From Candidatus Bathyarchaeota archaeon (GTDB taxonomy: Archaea > Thermoproteota > Bathyarchaeia > Bathyarchaeales > Bathycorpusculaceae), in contig CAVRFW010000003.1 of the NCBI GenBank assembly GCA_963720565.1, positions 32,001-96,000 of the forward strand: a DNA stretch of 64,000 nt, in the 5' to 3' direction. Positions 7,696-18,189 of this stretch are shown here, piece by piece. Within the stretch, counting starts at the first letter, position 1, and every line of letters begins with the position of its first letter. A program made the position numbers and the translations under genes. The notes below the pieces were generated by a model that made no database searches, had not been told where the DNA came from, and worked only from the letters and a program-made list of their open reading frames with translations.

Positions 7696-10515
7696 ATGGT
7701 TACTCAAAACCTTGACAGCGTTTTCAATCCCAAGAGCGTAGCCATCATAGGAGCCAGTGATGAGGAAGGCTCCGTTGGGCACGCCATCGTCAAAAACTTC
7801 ACCCAGCACGGTTATGCTGGAAAAGTCTACTTTGTTAACATACGCAAACCCGAGATTCTCGGAGTAAAAACCTACCAGAACATAGCGCAAATCCCTGAAA
7901 CCGTGGATTTAGCCATGATTGCCACGCCTGCGAAAACCGTTCCCGGAGTGGTGGAAGAATGTGGCAAAGCCGGCGTCAAAGGCGTAATCATAGTTTCAGC
8001 AGGATTCAAAGAAATTGGCGCTGAAGGCAAAGCCTTGGAAACTAGACTTCTGGAAATCAGGAAGCAGTACGGTATTCGAATTATCGGTCCTAACTGCATC
8101 GGAATAATCCGGCCCCGAATAAATCTTAACGCCACCTTCGTCGACAGAATCCCCAAACCAGGCAAAGTGGCTTTCCTCTCACAGAGCGGCGCCTTAGGCT
8201 CAGCAATCCTAGACTGGGCAATACACGAAAACATAGGCTTCAGCAACTTCGTCTCAGTAGGCTCCATGATTGACGTGGACTTCGGAGACCTCATAGACTA
8301 CTTCGGCACCGACCCCAAAACCAAGAGCATACTAATGTACGTGGAAGGAGTCACTGACGCACGCAAATTCATGAGCGCTACAAGACACTTCGCCCGAACC
8401 AAACCCATCATAGTCGTAAAAGCAGGAAAATTCGGCGAAAGCGCAAAAGCAGTGGCATCCCACACAGGCTCACTCTCAGGCGAAGACGACATCTACGACG
8501 CTGCCTTCAAACGCGCCGGCATAGTCCGAGTAGAAGAAATCGGAGACCTGTTCAACGCAGCTGAGGTTCTGGGAACACAACCCCTGCCAAAAGGACCCAA
8601 CCTGGCAATAATCACAAACGCAGGCGGCCCCGGAATCATGGCCACCGACGCCCTAATCGCCAAAGGAGGCAAACTCGCAAAACTAAGCCAAAAAACACTC
8701 GACGCCCTCGACAAAGTTCTGCCACCTTTCTGGAGCCGAGGCAACCCCATCGACGTTTTAGGCGACGCCAAAGCCGACCGCTACCAAGCAGCAGTAGAAG
8801 CCTGCCTCAACGACGATAACATCGACGGTATCCTTGTGATCTTCACTCAGCAAGCCGTATCTGAACCAATCGCAATAGCCAAAACCACCGTGGAAATGGT
8901 GAAAAACAAAGCCTACCAGAACAAGACAATACTGACTAGTTTCATGGGCTTCGGCGCGGTTGAAGAGGCAAACCAAATCCTCAACGCAAACAACATCCCA
9001 ACATACTCCACACCGGAAAACGCGATAAAAACCTACATGTACATGTACCAATACGAACGAAACCTGGGAATGATTTACGAGACACCTGAAGAGCTCCCCC
9101 TGGACGCTTTACCTCCGAAACGGCCAATAATGGTTATCCTCCGAAACGCTGCAATGGAAAACCGCGAACTGCTAAACGAAGACGAAGCCAAGAAACTCCT
9201 AGACTACTATAATTTTCCCATTGCAACCACAAAAGTCGCCATCAACCAGGACGAAGCCGTCGCATTCGCACACCAAATGGGATATCCCGTCGTTCTCAAG
9301 ATCCTTTCACCTCAAATAACCCACAAAACCGACGCGGGAGGCGTCGTCCTCAACATACACTCAGACGCAGAAGTCAGAAAAGCATTCGACCTGATTATGC
9401 AACGAGTTAAAAACTACAACAAAGACGCAAAAATAATCGGTGTCACCGTCCAAAAAATGATAACAAACAAAGGCACCGAAATCATACTAGGCGGAAAAAC
9501 CGACCCTCTCTTCGGACCAGTCGTCCTCTTCGGAATGGGCGGAATAGGCGTAGAACTATTCAAAGACTACTCCATCGGACTTCCTCCGCTTAACACCACA
9601 CTCATCAAGAGAATGATGGAAGAAACCAAGGTCTACCAACTCCTAAAAGGCTACAGAAACATCCCACCAGCAAACCTGAAACTCCTAGAAGAAACAATAC
9701 TTCTATTCTCACAATTACTCATCGACTTCCCACAAATAAAAGAAATCGACATCAACCCACTTCTCATAAACGAAAAAGAAGCCGTTATCCTGGACGCCAG
9801 AATCGCATTCGACAAAGAAAAAGTCTTCAAGAAATTCGAACCACACGAACACATGGTCATAAGCCCCTACCCGAAAAAACAGGAAGCACTTTGGACACTT
9901 AAGAACGGACAGGAAATCCTGCTCAGACCAATAAAACCCGAAGACGAGCCAATGTGGATAGAAATGTTCCAAAGCTTCTCAGAAGAATCAATACGCTACA
10001 GATTCTTCCAAATGCTCAAAGACACACCACACGAACTGCGCGTACGCTACTGCAACATCGACTACGACCGAGAAATCGCAATAGTCGCCGAACTCAACGA
10101 GGACGGCCACAAGAAGATCCTAGGTGTAAGCAGACTCAGCATGGAACCCGGCGGAAAAACCGGAGAACTAGCCTTCGTAATCGTCGACAAATGGCAAGGA
10201 TTCGGACTAGGAACAAAAATGGTCGACTACGTCCTCGAAATAGCAAAGGACATGGGAATCGAAAAAGTCTTCGTCATAATGCTGCCAGACAACTACAGAG
10301 CCTTAAACCTTACCAAGAAAATGGGCTTCCAAATCGAACACCTAAGCGACGGTACCGTCAAAGGTGTCCTAAACCTTAAAGAAGAAAGCACCCGCATAGA
10401 ATGCGCTCAACCCAAAAACCTTCCCATGGTCATTGAACCAGAAAAGAACGAAAAAATCCCGCCAGAAAAAATTGAGGAAGCGACTAAACCAACAGCAGAA
10501 ACTGCCCCGCAATAA
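7696..10515 (+). CDS. ADP-forming acetate/acyl-CoA ligase (alpha+beta) fused to a C-terminal GNAT acetyltransferase domain
   Basis: CoA-binding domain (IIGAS, GPNCIG), SQSGA, ASHTGSL, TNAGGPG, NPIDVLGDA, ATP-grasp HKTDAGGV and DINPL; C-terminal GNAT with WQGFGLG motif A. Confidence 0.92.
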   Translation: MVTQNLDSVFNPKSVAIIGASDEEGSVGHAIVKNFTQHGYAGKVYFVNIRKPEILGVKTYQNIAQIPETVDLAMIATPAKTVPGVVEECGKAGVKGVIIVSAGFKEIGAEGKALETRLLEIRKQYGIRIIGPNCIGIIRPRINLNATFVDRIPKPGKVAFLSQSGALGSAILDWAIHENIGFSNFVSVGSMIDVDFGDLIDYFGTDPKTKSILMYVEGVTDARKFMSATRHFARTKPIIVVKAGKFGESAKAVASHTGSLSGEDDIYDAAFKRAGIVRVEEIGDLFNAAEVLGTQPLPKGPNLAIITNAGGPGIMATDALIAKGGKLAKLSQKTLDALDKVLPPFWSRGNPIDVLGDAKADRYQAAVEACLNDDNIDGILVIFTQQAVSEPIAIAKTTVEMVKNKAYQNKTILTSFMGFGAVEEANQILNANNIPTYSTPENAIKTYMYMYQYERNLGMIYETPEELPLDALPPKRPIMVILRNAAMENRELLNEDEAKKLLDYYNFPIATTKVAINQDEAVAFAHQMGYPVVLKILSPQITHKTDAGGVVLNIHSDAEVRKAFDLIMQRVKNYNKDAKIIGVTVQKMITNKGTEIILGGKTDPLFGPVVLFGMGGIGVELFKDYSIGLPPLNTTLIKRMMEETKVYQLLKGYRNIPPANLKLLEETILLFSQLLIDFPQIKEIDINPLLINEKEAVILDARIAFDKEKVFKKFEPHEHMVISPYPKKQEALWTLKNGQEILLRPIKPEDEPMWIEMFQSFSEESIRYRFFQMLKDTPHELRVRYCNIDYDREIAIVAELNEDGHKKILGVSRLSMEPGGKTGELAFVIVDKWQGFGLGTKMVDYVLEIAKDMGIEKVFVIMLPDNYRALNLTKKMGFQIEHLSDGTVKGVLNLKEESTRIECAQPKNLPMVIEPEKNEKIPPEKIEEATKPTAETAPQ

Positions 10516-10731
10516 CCCCCGATTACACGCCTAAAAACAGCAACCCCTCACTTCTCTGCAATGAAAGCCAAGAGAACTTGGCTAGAACCCTTTGGCACCG
10601 CCCAATCATTGTGCGCTAGCAAATCCTGAATCTCGATACTTAATCTCAATTTTTATATTCCGCGTCCCCTTAGTTAACTCAAAAACTCTAGGTGAGAGTT
10701 TGACTAAGCTAGAACTAACTAGATTGGAGGA

Positions 10732-11232
10732 TTGATATTTTTGTCTAAAGATGACAATCGCCGCTTGATGTTGGAAAAAACCCTGAAAGAACACAAACAC
10801 CAAGAAAGCGCTCTTTTGGAAATACTTAACAAAGCCCAAGAAATCTACGGCTACCTTGACAAGGACTTGCTTATGGACGTCGCGGGATCTCTCAACATCC
10901 CACCGAGCCACGTTTTCGGCGTCGCAACCTTCTACAGCCTCTTCAAAATGAGAAAACCAGGCGAACACGTAGTCACAGGCTGCCTAGGCACAGCCTGCTA
11001 CGTGAAGGAAGTTGAAGACATAATGCAGGCCGTCGAACGCGAATACCAAGTTAAACGGGGAGGTTCCACGGCAGACGGCAAGCTTTCCTTATTCATGACC
11101 CGATGCATCGGCGCATGCGCGATGGCGCCAAACATCGTCGTCGACGACGAAGTAATAGGCAAAGCAACAAAAGAAATCGTACTCGAAAGAATAAAACAGG
11201 TACTCGGAGGAGTCAAGATTGAAGCTGTCTGA
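10732..11232 (+). CDS. hoxE: Bidirectional hydrogenase diaphorase subunit HoxE (NuoE-like, [2Fe-2S])
   Basis: VATFYSLF, CLGTACYVK and CIGAC motifs; GGAGG SD upstream. The start may be the TTG at 10741. Confidence 0.88.
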   Translation: MIFLSKDDNRRLMLEKTLKEHKHQESALLEILNKAQEIYGYLDKDLLMDVAGSLNIPPSHVFGVATFYSLFKMRKPGEHVVTGCLGTACYVKEVEDIMQAVEREYQVKRGGSTADGKLSLFMTRCIGACAMAPNIVVDDEVIGKATKEIVLERIKQVLGGVKIEAV

Positions 11233-12865
11233 CCTGCAGAAAATAGCTGAACATGAACTCGACTTCCAAAGAGCCTACAAGTACCGCATTAACGTCTGCT
11301 GCTCAAGCGGATGTGTTCCCTTCGGAGCCTTCAAAGTGCTCAAGGCTTTTGAAGAAGCAGTAAAAGAGCTCGGCGTGGAAAAAGAATGCAAAGTCGCCAG
11401 AACAGGCTGTGTCGGAACTTGTTCAGCAGGTCCCGCAGTAGTCATCGAACCTGGCGACTACCTATATCAGAGCGTTACTCCCGACAAAGTCCGCCAGATT
11501 GTGAGAGACCACATCGTACTTGGCTTACCTGTTAAAGATATGCTCTATGGAAACGAAGCCTTCTTCAAGAAACAACATCGCCTTGTCCTCAGGAACGCAG
11601 GCAAAATCGACCCAACAAGAATCCAAGATTACATAGCAATGGGTGGCTACGCCGGCATAGTAAAGTGCCTCGCAACAATGACCCCGCAAGGCGTCATCTA
11701 CGAGATCAGCAGCAGCGGTCTAAGAGGCCGAGGCGGCGCCGGCTTTCCAACCGGCATGAAATGGGGGCTAGTAGCGAGATCCCACAACTCTCCCAAATAC
11801 ATCGTCGCCAACCTGGACGAGGGAGACCCCGGTGTCTTCGCAAACAGAACACTAGCTGAAGCCGACCCGCACGCAATTCTCGAAGGCATGCTCATAGCGG
11901 CATACGCTGTCGGAGCTGAGAAAGGCTACATCTACATCAGAGCCGAGTACCCATTAGCCATACAAACACTCCAGAAAGCCATGGCACAGGCAAAAGCCAT
12001 GTCACTTCTAGGCGACAGCGTTCTTGAAACACCCTTCAAATTTGACGTTGAACTCCGACTAGGAGCAGGAGCCTTCGTGGCAGGCGAAGAAACCGCCATC
12101 TTAGCCTCGGTTGAAGGCCGCAGAGCTATGCCCCGCCCCCGACCACCCTATCCAGCCAACTCGGGACTATGGGGAAAACCCACACTAATACAAAACGTGG
12201 AGACGCTGGCAAACATACCAATAATAGTAATGAATGGCGGCTCATGGTTCGCCAAAACCGGAACACCAAAATGCACAGGAACAAAATGCTTCTCCCTGAC
12301 GGGAAACATAAACGACCCTGGACTCATCGAAGTACCCATGGGAACAACTCTGAGAGAAGTCGTGTTTGACATCGGCGGAGGGGTTCCAAAAAACAAAAAG
12401 TTCAAAGCAGTTCTAGTCGGCGGTCCCTCAGGAGGTTGCCTACCCGAAACACTACTCGAACTCCCAATAGACTACGATTCGCTAACAAAGGTGGGAGCAA
12501 TAATGGGTTCCGGAGGCATAGTAGTCATAGACGACAATTCATGCATGGTAGACACTGCAAAATTCTTCACCGACTTCTGCGTGGAAGAATCCTGCGGCAA
12601 ATGTACCCCATGCAGGGCAGGTCTCGCAAGAATAAAAGAAATATTTGACGGAATCACACGGGGAGACGGCAAACTGGAAGATTTGACAATACTGGAAAAA
12701 GCCAGCGGCTACATAAGAGACGCCAGTCTGTGCGGTCTCGGTCAAACAGCCCCCAACCCAGTCATAACAACTATGCGCTACTTCAAAGACGAATACCTCA
12801 AACACATAGTGGACAAGACATGCCCAGCGGGTAAATGCTTCAAAAAGCACAAGGAGGAAAAATAA
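11219..12865 (+). CDS. hoxF: Diaphorase subunit HoxF (NuoF-like; FMN/NAD(P)H, Fe-S)
   Basis: N-terminal thioredoxin-like [2Fe-2S] domain, GLRGRGGAGFPTG, DEGDPG, GAFVAGEETA, GGPSGG, ESCGKCTPCR, SLCGLG. Confidence 0.9.
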   Translation: MKLSDLQKIAEHELDFQRAYKYRINVCCSSGCVPFGAFKVLKAFEEAVKELGVEKECKVARTGCVGTCSAGPAVVIEPGDYLYQSVTPDKVRQIVRDHIVLGLPVKDMLYGNEAFFKKQHRLVLRNAGKIDPTRIQDYIAMGGYAGIVKCLATMTPQGVIYEISSSGLRGRGGAGFPTGMKWGLVARSHNSPKYIVANLDEGDPGVFANRTLAEADPHAILEGMLIAAYAVGAEKGYIYIRAEYPLAIQTLQKAMAQAKAMSLLGDSVLETPFKFDVELRLGAGAFVAGEETAILASVEGRRAMPRPRPPYPANSGLWGKPTLIQNVETLANIPIIVMNGGSWFAKTGTPKCTGTKCFSLTGNINDPGLIEVPMGTTLREVVFDIGGGVPKNKKFKAVLVGGPSGGCLPETLLELPIDYDSLTKVGAIMGSGGIVVIDDNSCMVDTAKFFTDFCVEESCGKCTPCRAGLARIKEIFDGITRGDGKLEDLTILEKASGYIRDASLCGLGQTAPNPVITTMRYFKDEYLKHIVDKTCPAGKCFKKHKEEK

Positions 12866-13582
12866 TTGAGCGACTCAAACGTCAAACTCAAGATAGACGA
12901 AGTCGAAGTCTCAGTTCCAGACGGAACAATGATACTCAAAGCAGCCAAAGATAACGGAATCATCATTCCAACACTCTGCGCTCTCGAAGGTCTATCAAGC
13001 TACGCTGGATGCCGCCTCTGCCTCGTCGAAATCCATGGCTCACCCAAACTGTTCCCAGCCTGTGCCACACCAGTAAGCAGCGGAATGGAGGTCACAACTA
13101 AATCCGAAAGGCTAACCGAATACCGCAAAATGGCGGTACAGCTGCTACTCTCAGAAAGAACACACATTTGTTCAACATGCATAGCCAACGACCACTGCGA
13201 ACTGGAAGCCATGGCGAACGAGCTTGGAGTTGACCATGTCATGTTTGAGCGCAAGTGGACCAGCCTCGAAATAGACTCGACCCACGACTTCCTGGTTATC
13301 GACCGAAACAGGTGTATACTATGCACGCGTTGTTTGAGGGTTTGCGATGAGATAGAAGGCGTTCACACTCTGGACTTGAAGCTGCGTGGCAAAGACTCCC
13401 AAGTAATCATGGATCTTGATGAACACTGGGCAAACTCCTGTTCATGCACATCATGCAGGAAATGCGCAAAAGTCTGCCCAGTCGGTGCCATTTACATAGA
13501 AGGAGAACCGGTTTCTCACACCAAGCGCAAGGATATAGCCGAATTTATCACGGAGAGGAGACAGAGAAAATGGAAACAATAG
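12866..13582 (+). CDS. hoxU: Diaphorase Fe-S subunit HoxU
   Basis: 238 aa; [2Fe-2S] (C...CRLC...C), HxCxxC...C cluster, and two CxxCxxC [4Fe-4S] motifs. Confidence 0.9.
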   Translation: MSDSNVKLKIDEVEVSVPDGTMILKAAKDNGIIIPTLCALEGLSSYAGCRLCLVEIHGSPKLFPACATPVSSGMEVTTKSERLTEYRKMAVQLLLSERTHICSTCIANDHCELEAMANELGVDHVMFERKWTSLEIDSTHDFLVIDRNRCILCTRCLRVCDEIEGVHTLDLKLRGKDSQVIMDLDEHWANSCSCTSCRKCAKVCPVGAIYIEGEPVSHTKRKDIAEFITERRQRKWKQ

Positions 13583-14112
13583 CAAAAACCAGAATGGCGA
13601 CAATGTGGCTCAGCGGCTGCTCAGGTTGCCACATGTCATTCCTCGACTTAGACGAGTCACTAATAGACTTAGCGAAAAAGGTTCAGATAGTCTACAGTCC
13701 AATCGCTGACGTGAAAGTTTTTCCTGAAAACGTCGACGTCACCCTGATCGAGGGCGCTGTCGGAGACGAAGAACAACTTGACCTGCTAAAGAAGGCAAGA
13801 GAACAATCCAAAATCCTAATTTCGTTTGGGGACTGCGCAGTCACAGGAAACGTGCCTGCATTGCGAAATGCTTTTGAAGACGGTGACAAAGCGGTTCTTC
13901 AGAGGGCTTACATCGAAAACGTTGACGTGAACCCGCAGATTCCAAACGATGTTCCCAAACTCCTAAAGAAGGTACGTCCGCTTCACGAAATCGTGAAAAT
14001 CGATTATTACATCCCAGGATGCCCACCACCATCAGACATAATCAGCTACGTGCTAACAGAATTATTGTCTGGAAGAACTCCCAACATGGAAGGCAGATCG
14101 AGATACGGTTGA
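13570..14112 (+). CDS. hoxY: [NiFe]-hydrogenase small subunit HoxY
   Basis: From ATG 13570 (180 aa): WLSGCSGCHMS, FGDCAVTGNVP, PGCPP. Short single-cluster small subunit typical of group 3d. Confidence 0.9.
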   Translation: METIAKTRMATMWLSGCSGCHMSFLDLDESLIDLAKKVQIVYSPIADVKVFPENVDVTLIEGAVGDEEQLDLLKKAREQSKILISFGDCAVTGNVPALRNAFEDGDKAVLQRAYIENVDVNPQIPNDVPKLLKKVRPLHEIVKIDYYIPGCPPPSDIISYVLTELLSGRTPNMEGRSRYG

Positions 14113-14122
14113 GGGATGCAAA

Positions 14123-15550
14123 ATGAACAAGAAAATCGTGATAAACCCCGTAACTAGAATTGAAGGACACGCAAAAATAACGATATTCCTAAACGATGAC
14201 GACTCTGTAAAAGAAGCAAGATTCCACGTTACTGACTTCAGAGGCTTCGAAAAATTCTGCGAAGGACGCCCATTCTACGAAATGCCAGGCATAACCGCAA
14301 GGTCCTGCGGCATCTGCCCAGTAAGCCACCTTATGGCATCAGCAAAAGCATGCGACGCAATAGTAGGAGTAAAACCCCCAACAACCGCTGTCATGCTTCG
14401 TCGCCTAATGCATATGGGTCAAATGATACAATCACACGCGCTGAACCTCTTCCACTTGTCATTCCCAGACTTCATACTAGGAATGGACTCAGACCCGGCA
14501 GAAAGAAACGTTTTCGGCCTCATAGCGAAACAGCCTGACTTGGCTAGGCAAGGCATCAGGCTACGCAAATTCGGACAAGAAATCATCGAGAAAGTAGCCG
14601 GAAAAAGAATACACTCCAACGAATGGGTTATCCCCGGGGGCGCAAACTGGCCCCTCACCAAGGAGAAAGCCGACTACCTCAAGTCAAACCTGCCTGAAGC
14701 CTTAGACACCACCATCAATACCCTTGCGCTGTTCAAAACTTGGCTCCCTAGACTGAAGGATGAAGTGCAAAACTTCGGCAACTTTCCCACCTACTACTTG
14801 GGACTGGTAACTGCAAAAGGTGGACTAGAACACTACGACGGAAAAATCCGAATAGTCGATGCAGAGGGCAAAATAGTGGCTGACCAACTTGACCCCACAA
14901 CCTATAACGAGTACATCGGCGAAGCTGTTGAACCCTGGTCTTACATGAAATTTCCTTACTACAAACCCTTGGGTTACCCCGATGGAAACTACAGAGTCGG
15001 TCCACTGGCCAGACTAAATATATCTTCACATTGCGGAACACCCTTGGCTGACGAAGAGCTCAAGGAATTCAAGAAACTCGGCAAAAATGGGATAGTCCAA
15101 AGCACTTTTCACTACCACTATGCCCGATTAATCGAGATTCTATTCTGTCTCGAAGGCGTTAAAGAAATACTGGAAAACCCCGATAGCCTCTCAGAACGCG
15201 TCAGCTCCAGAGCATTCGTCAACAACGACCAAGGCGTCGGAGTAGCCGAAGCACCAAGAGGAACTCTGATACACCACTACGCAGTTGACCCGCAAGGATT
15301 GATAGTGTGGGCTAACATGATCATCGCCACAGAACACAACAACCTCTCCTTCAACAAAGCCGTTACTCAAGTCGCCCAAAAATACGTGAAAGGTAAACAC
15401 CTGCAAGAAGGGATGCTAAACAGAGTTGAAGCGGTAATACGAGCATTTGATCCATGCCTAAGCTGCGCAACACACGCAATCGGAAATATGCCACTGGAAG
15501 TGCAACTCCTAGACTGCAAAGGTAAACTCTTAGAAAGAAAAGTACGCTAA
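14123..15550 (+). CDS. hoxH: [NiFe]-hydrogenase large subunit HoxH (group 3d)
   Basis: TRIEGH; L1 [11 protein letters not shown]2 DPCLSCATH with a C-terminal extension; operon context hoxEFUY. Confidence 0.92.
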   Translation: MNKKIVINPVTRIEGHAKITIFLNDDDSVKEARFHVTDFRGFEKFCEGRPFYEMPGITARSCGICPVSHLMASAKACDAIVGVKPPTTAVMLRRLMHMGQMIQSHALNLFHLSFPDFILGMDSDPAERNVFGLIAKQPDLARQGIRLRKFGQEIIEKVAGKRIHSNEWVIPGGANWPLTKEKADYLKSNLPEALDTTINTLALFKTWLPRLKDEVQNFGNFPTYYLGLVTAKGGLEHYDGKIRIVDAEGKIVADQLDPTTYNEYIGEAVEPWSYMKFPYYKPLGYPDGNYRVGPLARLNISSHCGTPLADEELKEFKKLGKNGIVQSTFHYHYARLIEILFCLEGVKEILENPDSLSERVSSRAFVNNDQGVGVAEAPRGTLIHHYAVDPQGLIVWANMIIATEHNNLSFNKAVTQVAQKYVKGKHLQEGMLNRVEAVIRAFDPCLSCATHAIGNMPLEVQLLDCKGKLLERKVR

Positions 15551-15778
15551 GAAGCCTTAACCCCATTTTCATACTCAAAAATCTCGTACTTTTCAAAATC
15601 TTGTATGCTTGAACTGAGAGAACTGCAACTATAATAAGGATTATGCACTTCCAATTTGAGCCTTGACTTATGGGTGAACCCACGAGAGTCCAACTCAAAC
15701 TTTATGTAGTTGATATGGGATTTTTGAATATCTAAGCATGTATCCTGCGTCGGGAAATATACCCAGAGGTCAAGTTTA

Positions 15779-16327
15779 ATGACTGAGACAGTAATTCCCA
15801 AAGATCCTAACAGAGAGCCAATAAAATCTTCGGAAATTGACCCGAAGTTCAAGTATGAACTTTCCAAGATTCACGGGAGTGAAAAACTTCTCAAGTGCTT
15901 CCAATGCGGAACATGTACCTCTGACTGCCCAGTCGCAAGGTACAGCGACTCTTACAGACCAAGACAAATAATTCGCATGGCTCAACTCGGCCTTAAAGAC
16001 CGAATTCTAAACAGCGACACTCTATGGCTGTGTGCCGCATGCTTCACATGCACAGACCGTTGTCCGCAGGATGTTGAAGTAGCTAGTGTAATCCGCGTTC
16101 TAAGGAACTTGGCTGCAGAAAAAGGCTGCGTTCCCGTAGTGTTTAAAGAACAAGCTGCAAGCGTGCTTGAATCAGGTTACGCTTACAAAATCCCCGAATT
16201 AAGAATAAAGAAACGAGAGACTGTGGGGCTGCCACCACTGCCGAAAGGAAATCCCGAGAACATTCGCAAGGCTCTCAAGGGCGTCAAATTCGCAGAAAAC
16301 ATAAAAAAAGGTAGTGAACCAAAGTGA
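15779..16327 (+). CDS. hdrC: Heterodisulfide reductase subunit C
   Basis: CFQCGTCTSDCP and LWLCAACFTCTDRCPQ 2x[4Fe-4S] motifs. Confidence 0.92.
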   Translation: MTETVIPKDPNREPIKSSEIDPKFKYELSKIHGSEKLLKCFQCGTCTSDCPVARYSDSYRPRQIIRMAQLGLKDRILNSDTLWLCAACFTCTDRCPQDVEVASVIRVLRNLAAEKGCVPVVFKEQAASVLESGYAYKIPELRIKKRETVGLPPLPKGNPENIRKALKGVKFAENIKKGSEPK

Positions 16328-17208
16328 GCAGCAAATATCTGATTTTTCTCGGCTGCGCAATTCCATATCGCGTGTCAGCCTTCGAGATTTCCGCACGCAA
16401 GATTCTCCACAAACTGGACGTTGAATTGGTTGAGATGCCCGAATTCAACTGCTGCGGATTACCCCTAGATCCAGTTAGCCATGAAATGATGCTAATCCTC
16501 GCTGCAAGAAACTTGGCTTTGGCAGAGCAACAAGGACTGAACATAATTACTCTATGCCCTGGCTGCGCCGGTACTTTAAAGAAAGTTAACAAAATTTTGA
16601 AAGAAGACAAAACGCTAAGAGAGCAGATCAATGGTCACTTGAAAGAGTCTGGTTTAGAATTCAAAGGAACAGTGACTACAAAACATTTAATTCAAGTGCT
16701 AATGGAAGACGTGGGTCTGGAAAAAATTAAGAGCACCGTTGTCAGGCCACTGACCATGCTGAAGGTTGCTGAACACAACGGATGCCACATACTAAGACCC
16801 AAAGAGTACATCGGTTTTGATGACCCAGAAGATCCACAAACCCTGAAGACCCTCATTGAGGCTACAGGAGCTACTTGCCTAGACTACATGGACGAAACAG
16901 AGTGTTGCGGTGCCCCAAGTGTAGGCGTCAGCGACAAAGTCGCCTTGCAACTCGCCAGAGACAAGCTGAACCACGTTAAGATGGTGGACGCGGAAGCTTT
17001 AATAACAATCTGTCCGTTCTGCCACATAATGTACGACACCAATGAATTGCGCATCGAGAAAATGTTCAGTGAAGTCTATGGAATCCCAATTTTGCATTAT
17101 CCCCAACTTCTGGGTTTAGCCATGGGTTTGACTCCTGAGGAACTCGCTTTCAACGAACTCAGAGTCAATGCCTCAAAATTGTTAAAACACGTCACTGAAG
17201 GTGCTTAA
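16324..17208 (+). CDS. hdrB: Heterodisulfide reductase subunit B
   Basis: Two CCG domains (FLGC...NCCG...CPGC; GCH...ECCG...CPFC). Confidence 0.93.
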   Translation: MSSKYLIFLGCAIPYRVSAFEISARKILHKLDVELVEMPEFNCCGLPLDPVSHEMMLILAARNLALAEQQGLNIITLCPGCAGTLKKVNKILKEDKTLREQINGHLKESGLEFKGTVTTKHLIQVLMEDVGLEKIKSTVVRPLTMLKVAEHNGCHILRPKEYIGFDDPEDPQTLKTLIEATGATCLDYMDETECCGAPSVGVSDKVALQLARDKLNHVKMVDAEALITICPFCHIMYDTNELRIEKMFSEVYGIPILHYPQLLGLAMGLTPEELAFNELRVNASKLLKHVTEGA

Positions 17209-17214
17209 CAAAAA

Positions 17215-18189
17215 ATGAGTGAAAAATTGAAAATAGCCTTTTACTGGGCTGCAAGTTGCGGTGGCTGCGAAATAGCCGTATTAGATATAAACGAGAAAAT
17301 CCTCGACGTAGTAAAAATTGCGGACATCGTTTTTTGGCCTGTAGCCATGGACGTTAAGTACAAGGACGTGGAGAACATGCCTGACAACTATGTTGACATC
17401 ACTTTCTTTAACGGGTCCATTAGAAACTCGGAACAAGAGCACATGGCTAAACTCCTTAGGCAGAAGTCGAAGATACTTGTCGCCTTCGGCTCATGCGCCC
17501 ACGAAGGATGCATTCCTGGATTAGCTAACCTAACCGACAAGAAGGAGATTTTCGAGTACGTCTACTTGAAAGAAAACTCGGTTGTCAATCCTGAAGGCAC
17601 TATGCCCCAAACCACGACCGAAGTCAAGGAAGGCACACTCAGAATTCCAGAATTTTACGACACAGTGAAAACTCTAGCACAAACCGTTGAGGTCGACTAT
17701 TACTTGCCTGGATGCCCACCTCCCGTTAAACTAATAATCAATGCTGTGGATGCAATTGCAAGAAACGAGTTGCCCCCCAAGGGTTCAGTGCTTGCACCTC
17801 TCAAAGCCGTATGCGACGAATGTCCACGAAAACGAGAAAACAAGAAAATCGATGCACTATACCGTGTCTACGACAAGGTTCCTGAACCAGAAAAATGTTT
17901 ACTCGAGCAAGGCATACTCTGCATGGGTCTAGCCACCCGCAGCGGCTGTGGCGCCCAGTGTCTCAAAGTTGATATGCCTTGCACCGGATGTGGCGGAGCA
18001 GCCCCTAACCAGCCCGAGGTTGGCGCAGGGATGATAACCGCCTTAGCCTCAATAATAGGGTACGACGAGAAGAACATGTCCGCACAGGATGTTGAAAAAT
18101 TGATGAGCCAGATTAAAGACCCTGTGGGCACCTTTTACATGTACTCTTTACCCTCATCGATTCTCAGAAGAAAGGTGATGCAAAAATGA
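17215..18189 (+). CDS. mvhG: F420-non-reducing hydrogenase small subunit MvhG
   Basis: SCGGCE, FGSCA, PGCPP, CDECP, CLLEQGILCMG...CGAQC...PCTGC. Confidence 0.92.
   Translation: MSEKLKIAFYWAASCGGCEIAVLDINEKILDVVKIADIVFWPVAMDVKYKDVENMPDNYVDITFFNGSIRNSEQEHMAKLLRQKSKILVAFGSCAHEGCIPGLANLTDKKEIFEYVYLKENSVVNPEGTMPQTTTEVKEGTLRIPEFYDTVKTLAQTVEVDYYLPGCPPPVKLIINAVDAIARNELPPKGSVLAPLKAVCDECPRKRENKKIDALYRVYDKVPEPEKCLLEQGILCMGLATRSGCGAQCLKVDMPCTGCGGAAPNQPEVGAGMITALASIIGYDEKNMSAQDVEKLMSQIKDPVGTFYMYSLPSSILRRKVMQK

Noticed and set aside
13444..13569. 5' extension of the hoxY ORF
   Set aside because: Overlaps hoxU; homology starts at ATG 13570.
15547..15867. 106-aa minus-strand ORF between hoxH and hdrC (checked as a possible hoxW/mvhD remnant)
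   Set aside because: No protease or Fe-S motifs, wrong strand, and overlaps the hdrC start.
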